A program made the translations under genes and the position numbers. Below, piece by piece: positions 25,355 to 26,917 of a stretch of DNA of 26,917 bases; the stretch's first letter is position 1; each line of letters begins with the position of its first letter. The stretch comes from Candidatus Nanohaloarchaea archaeon (GTDB lineage Archaea > Nanohalarchaeota > Nanosalinia > Nanosalinales > Nanosalinaceae). The DNA is taken from assembly GCA_047617745.1 (NCBI GenBank), contig JBLGBN010000012.1, positions 1-26,917 of the forward strand, read 5' to 3'. The notes under the pieces are model-generated. The model saw nothing but the letters and a program-made list of their open reading frames with translations. It was not told the DNA's origin and did no database searches.

Positions 25355-25789
25355 ATGAAGACGGTTATTTCCAGGTTTGTAAAGAGGTATCCGGAACATT
25401 ATATCGCCCAGGCTATCTCCAGAATATTCTGGCCTCCTCCAACTGTTTCAGTTCTAGTCTATGGTGAACATGGAGATATTCTCGCCCTGGATCTTGATGG
25501 GAGTTACAGGCTTCCCGGCGGTTTCCTTGAAAAAGATGAGGACTTCAGAGAGGCCGCTCAGAGAGAGGCAAGAGAAGAGACAGGCTTCGAGGTCGAGATC
25601 AAAGATCTTCTGGATATAAGGCACAATGAAAGCGGAGGACCAAATATATTTTTCGAAGCCAAGTTAGTCAGAGGAGATTTGAAGAGTTCATGGGAGGGAA
25701 AGCCGGAGTTTATACCGCGGAAGGAAGTAGAAAACAGGAACTGGAAACCGGACCACTCACATGTTCATGAGTACGTCTCGCAAAATTAG
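25355..25789 (+). CDS. Nudix hydrolase
   Basis: Nudix box GGFLEKDEDFREAAQREAREETG. Confidence 0.93.
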   Translation: MKTVISRFVKRYPEHYIAQAISRIFWPPPTVSVLVYGEHGDILALDLDGSYRLPGGFLEKDEDFREAAQREAREETGFEVEIKDLLDIRHNESGGPNIFFEAKLVRGDLKSSWEGKPEFIPRKEVENRNWKPDHSHVHEYVSQN

Positions 25790-25855
25790 TGCTTCAGAAA
25801 AATTACTTGTAAAGGGTATTTGCCGAATAAAAGAGGGTTGAATGAAATAAGGTGG

Positions 25856-26917
25856 TTACTTCTCTTCCTCGTCTTCTTCCTCGTCTTCTACTTCCTGTTC
25901 AGCTTTCTCTTCCAGGTTCGGCACCATTTCCTCAGTGTCAGCTGCCTGCGCAACCGCTGAAGTATCCATGTCAGGGGTCATCTCCTCGGTTTCCTCGGCT
26001 TCTCTCATCTCTTTGATATCTTTGCCGACCTGTGAGACGAATTCCTTGGTGTCCTGCTTGAGTTCGTAAAGCTCTTTCTCGTTGACATCGTCCATGTCCT
26101 TGTCCTTGACTTTCTCGATGATTTCCTCCCATCTGTCGAACATCTCGACATGGTTTTCATCTACATCCAGATTCTCTTCGACTGTTTCTGGAAGTTTGTC
26201 TCTATCCTCGGGTGGACTGACGCCCTGCGATTTAAGTGCTGCGACGTTTGCCTTGAGGAATTTCTTGTAGTCATCTACTATTCCTTTTACCTTTTTCTTG
26301 GCTCCTAACTGTGAAACAAGCTTATGCATTCTCCGGACAAAGTCGTCGGCTTTCTCCAGGTGTTCCTCTACTTCCTGTCCAGTGACTTCTTCCGAGTTTT
26401 TCTCTCCCTTGTCTCCGAAGTCGTACAGTTCCTGAGCTATTTCTACGTACTCTTCCTCGAGCATTTCCTTCTCGACGAACATTTCCTCCAGTGTCTCCGG
26501 TACTTTTTCTTTTGGTGGCGGGTTCTTTCCTACAAGCATAATCGGTGCCTGTCCTGCGTTCGCCATAACCTGTTCAAGCTTGTGCGGGATTGACTGCTTC
26601 AGGTTCTTCTCTGCTTTTTTGTATCCTGCTGCAGCCATCTTGAGTCGTTTCTTGACGGATTCACGTGTAGCTTTGATCTTTCCTCTCTGTAGAAGTCTTT
26701 TTGCTGGCATGAAGATTCCTGTGTCGTATACAGGTTCTCCGTTTCTTACTGCTTCGATTGCTAGTGGTTCTCCTTTACGCAGTGAGTCCCAGAACTCTGT
26801 GAGGAATGGGAAGTACTGTAGTGTAATTCTTTCATCTGTTTCTTTGGCTGCCTCGTTAACTTTCTGTCTTATCTTTTTCCTGGCGTCTTTTGGAACGTCT
26901 TTCTGCAGCTTTGTATC
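25856..26917 (-). CDS. 5'-truncated probable nucleotidyltransferase + HEPN-like protein with acidic tail
   Basis: The frame stays open from the window edge (DTKLQKDVPKDARKK...LTEFWDSLRKGEPLAIEAVRNGEPVYDTGIFMPAKRLLQRGKI). The G.PVYD.G segment resembles the end of a minimal nucleotidyltransferase fold and is followed by a helical HEPN-like region. Catalytic motifs would lie outside the window. Confidence 0.6.
   Translation of the reverse strand, partial: DTKLQKDVPKDARKKIRQKVNEAAKETDERITLQYFPFLTEFWDSLRKGEPLAIEAVRNGEPVYDTGIFMPAKRLLQRGKIKATRESVKKRLKMAAAGYKKAEKNLKQSIPHKLEQVMANAGQAPIMLVGKNPPPKEKVPETLEEMFVEKEMLEEEYVEIAQELYDFGDKGEKNSEEVTGQEVEEHLEKADDFVRRMHKLVSQLGAKKKVKGIVDDYKKFLKANVAALKSQGVSPPEDRDKLPETVEENLDVDENHVEMFDRWEEIIEKVKDKDMDDVNEKELYELKQDTKEFVSQVGKDIKEMREAEETEEMTPDMDTSAVAQAADTEEMVPNLEEKAEQEVEDEEEDEEEK

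Noticed and set aside
1..26917. tRNA/rRNA genes, CRISPR arrays, integrases or defence systems
   Set aside because: No intergenic gap holds a full cloverleaf or repeat-spacer pattern, and no ORF shows the relevant motifs.

Overview
This is an archaeal chromosomal segment. The acidic, Glu-rich proteins, moderate GC, very compact and overlapping gene packing, single-domain histone, TFB, class I CCA enzyme and class III-signal pilin fit a halophilic DPANN archaeon, probably Nanohaloarchaeota (inference). It carries mostly housekeeping genes: ATP-dependent DNA ligase, nitroreductase, TrmB regulator, SppA, Elp3, Xaa-Pro peptidase, adenylate kinase, CCA-adding enzyme, pilin, aIF-5A, histone, Nob1, AI-2E transporter, TFB, Trm1, a complete A/V-type ATP synthase operon (H-I-K-E-C-F-A-B-orfX-D), a Nudix hydrolase and a truncated nucleotidyltransferase/HEPN-like gene. 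I found no CRISPR array, intact RNA gene or transposase. The most unusual signal is in the short spacers of the ATP synthase operon. A cassette (TAAATCAATA-N4-AGGTGAAA-N6-ATG) occurs twice with identical spacing, each time opening a 15-17 codon mini-ORF that carries the Shine-Dalgarno (SD) of, and overlaps the start of, a multi-copy subunit (K/c and A). In addition, single-copy subunit I appears to start at a non-canonical ATA, a GNRA hairpin follows atpK, and an uncharacterised acidic ORF is coupled between atpB and atpD. Together these suggest a built-in translational system for setting subunit stoichiometry (inference).
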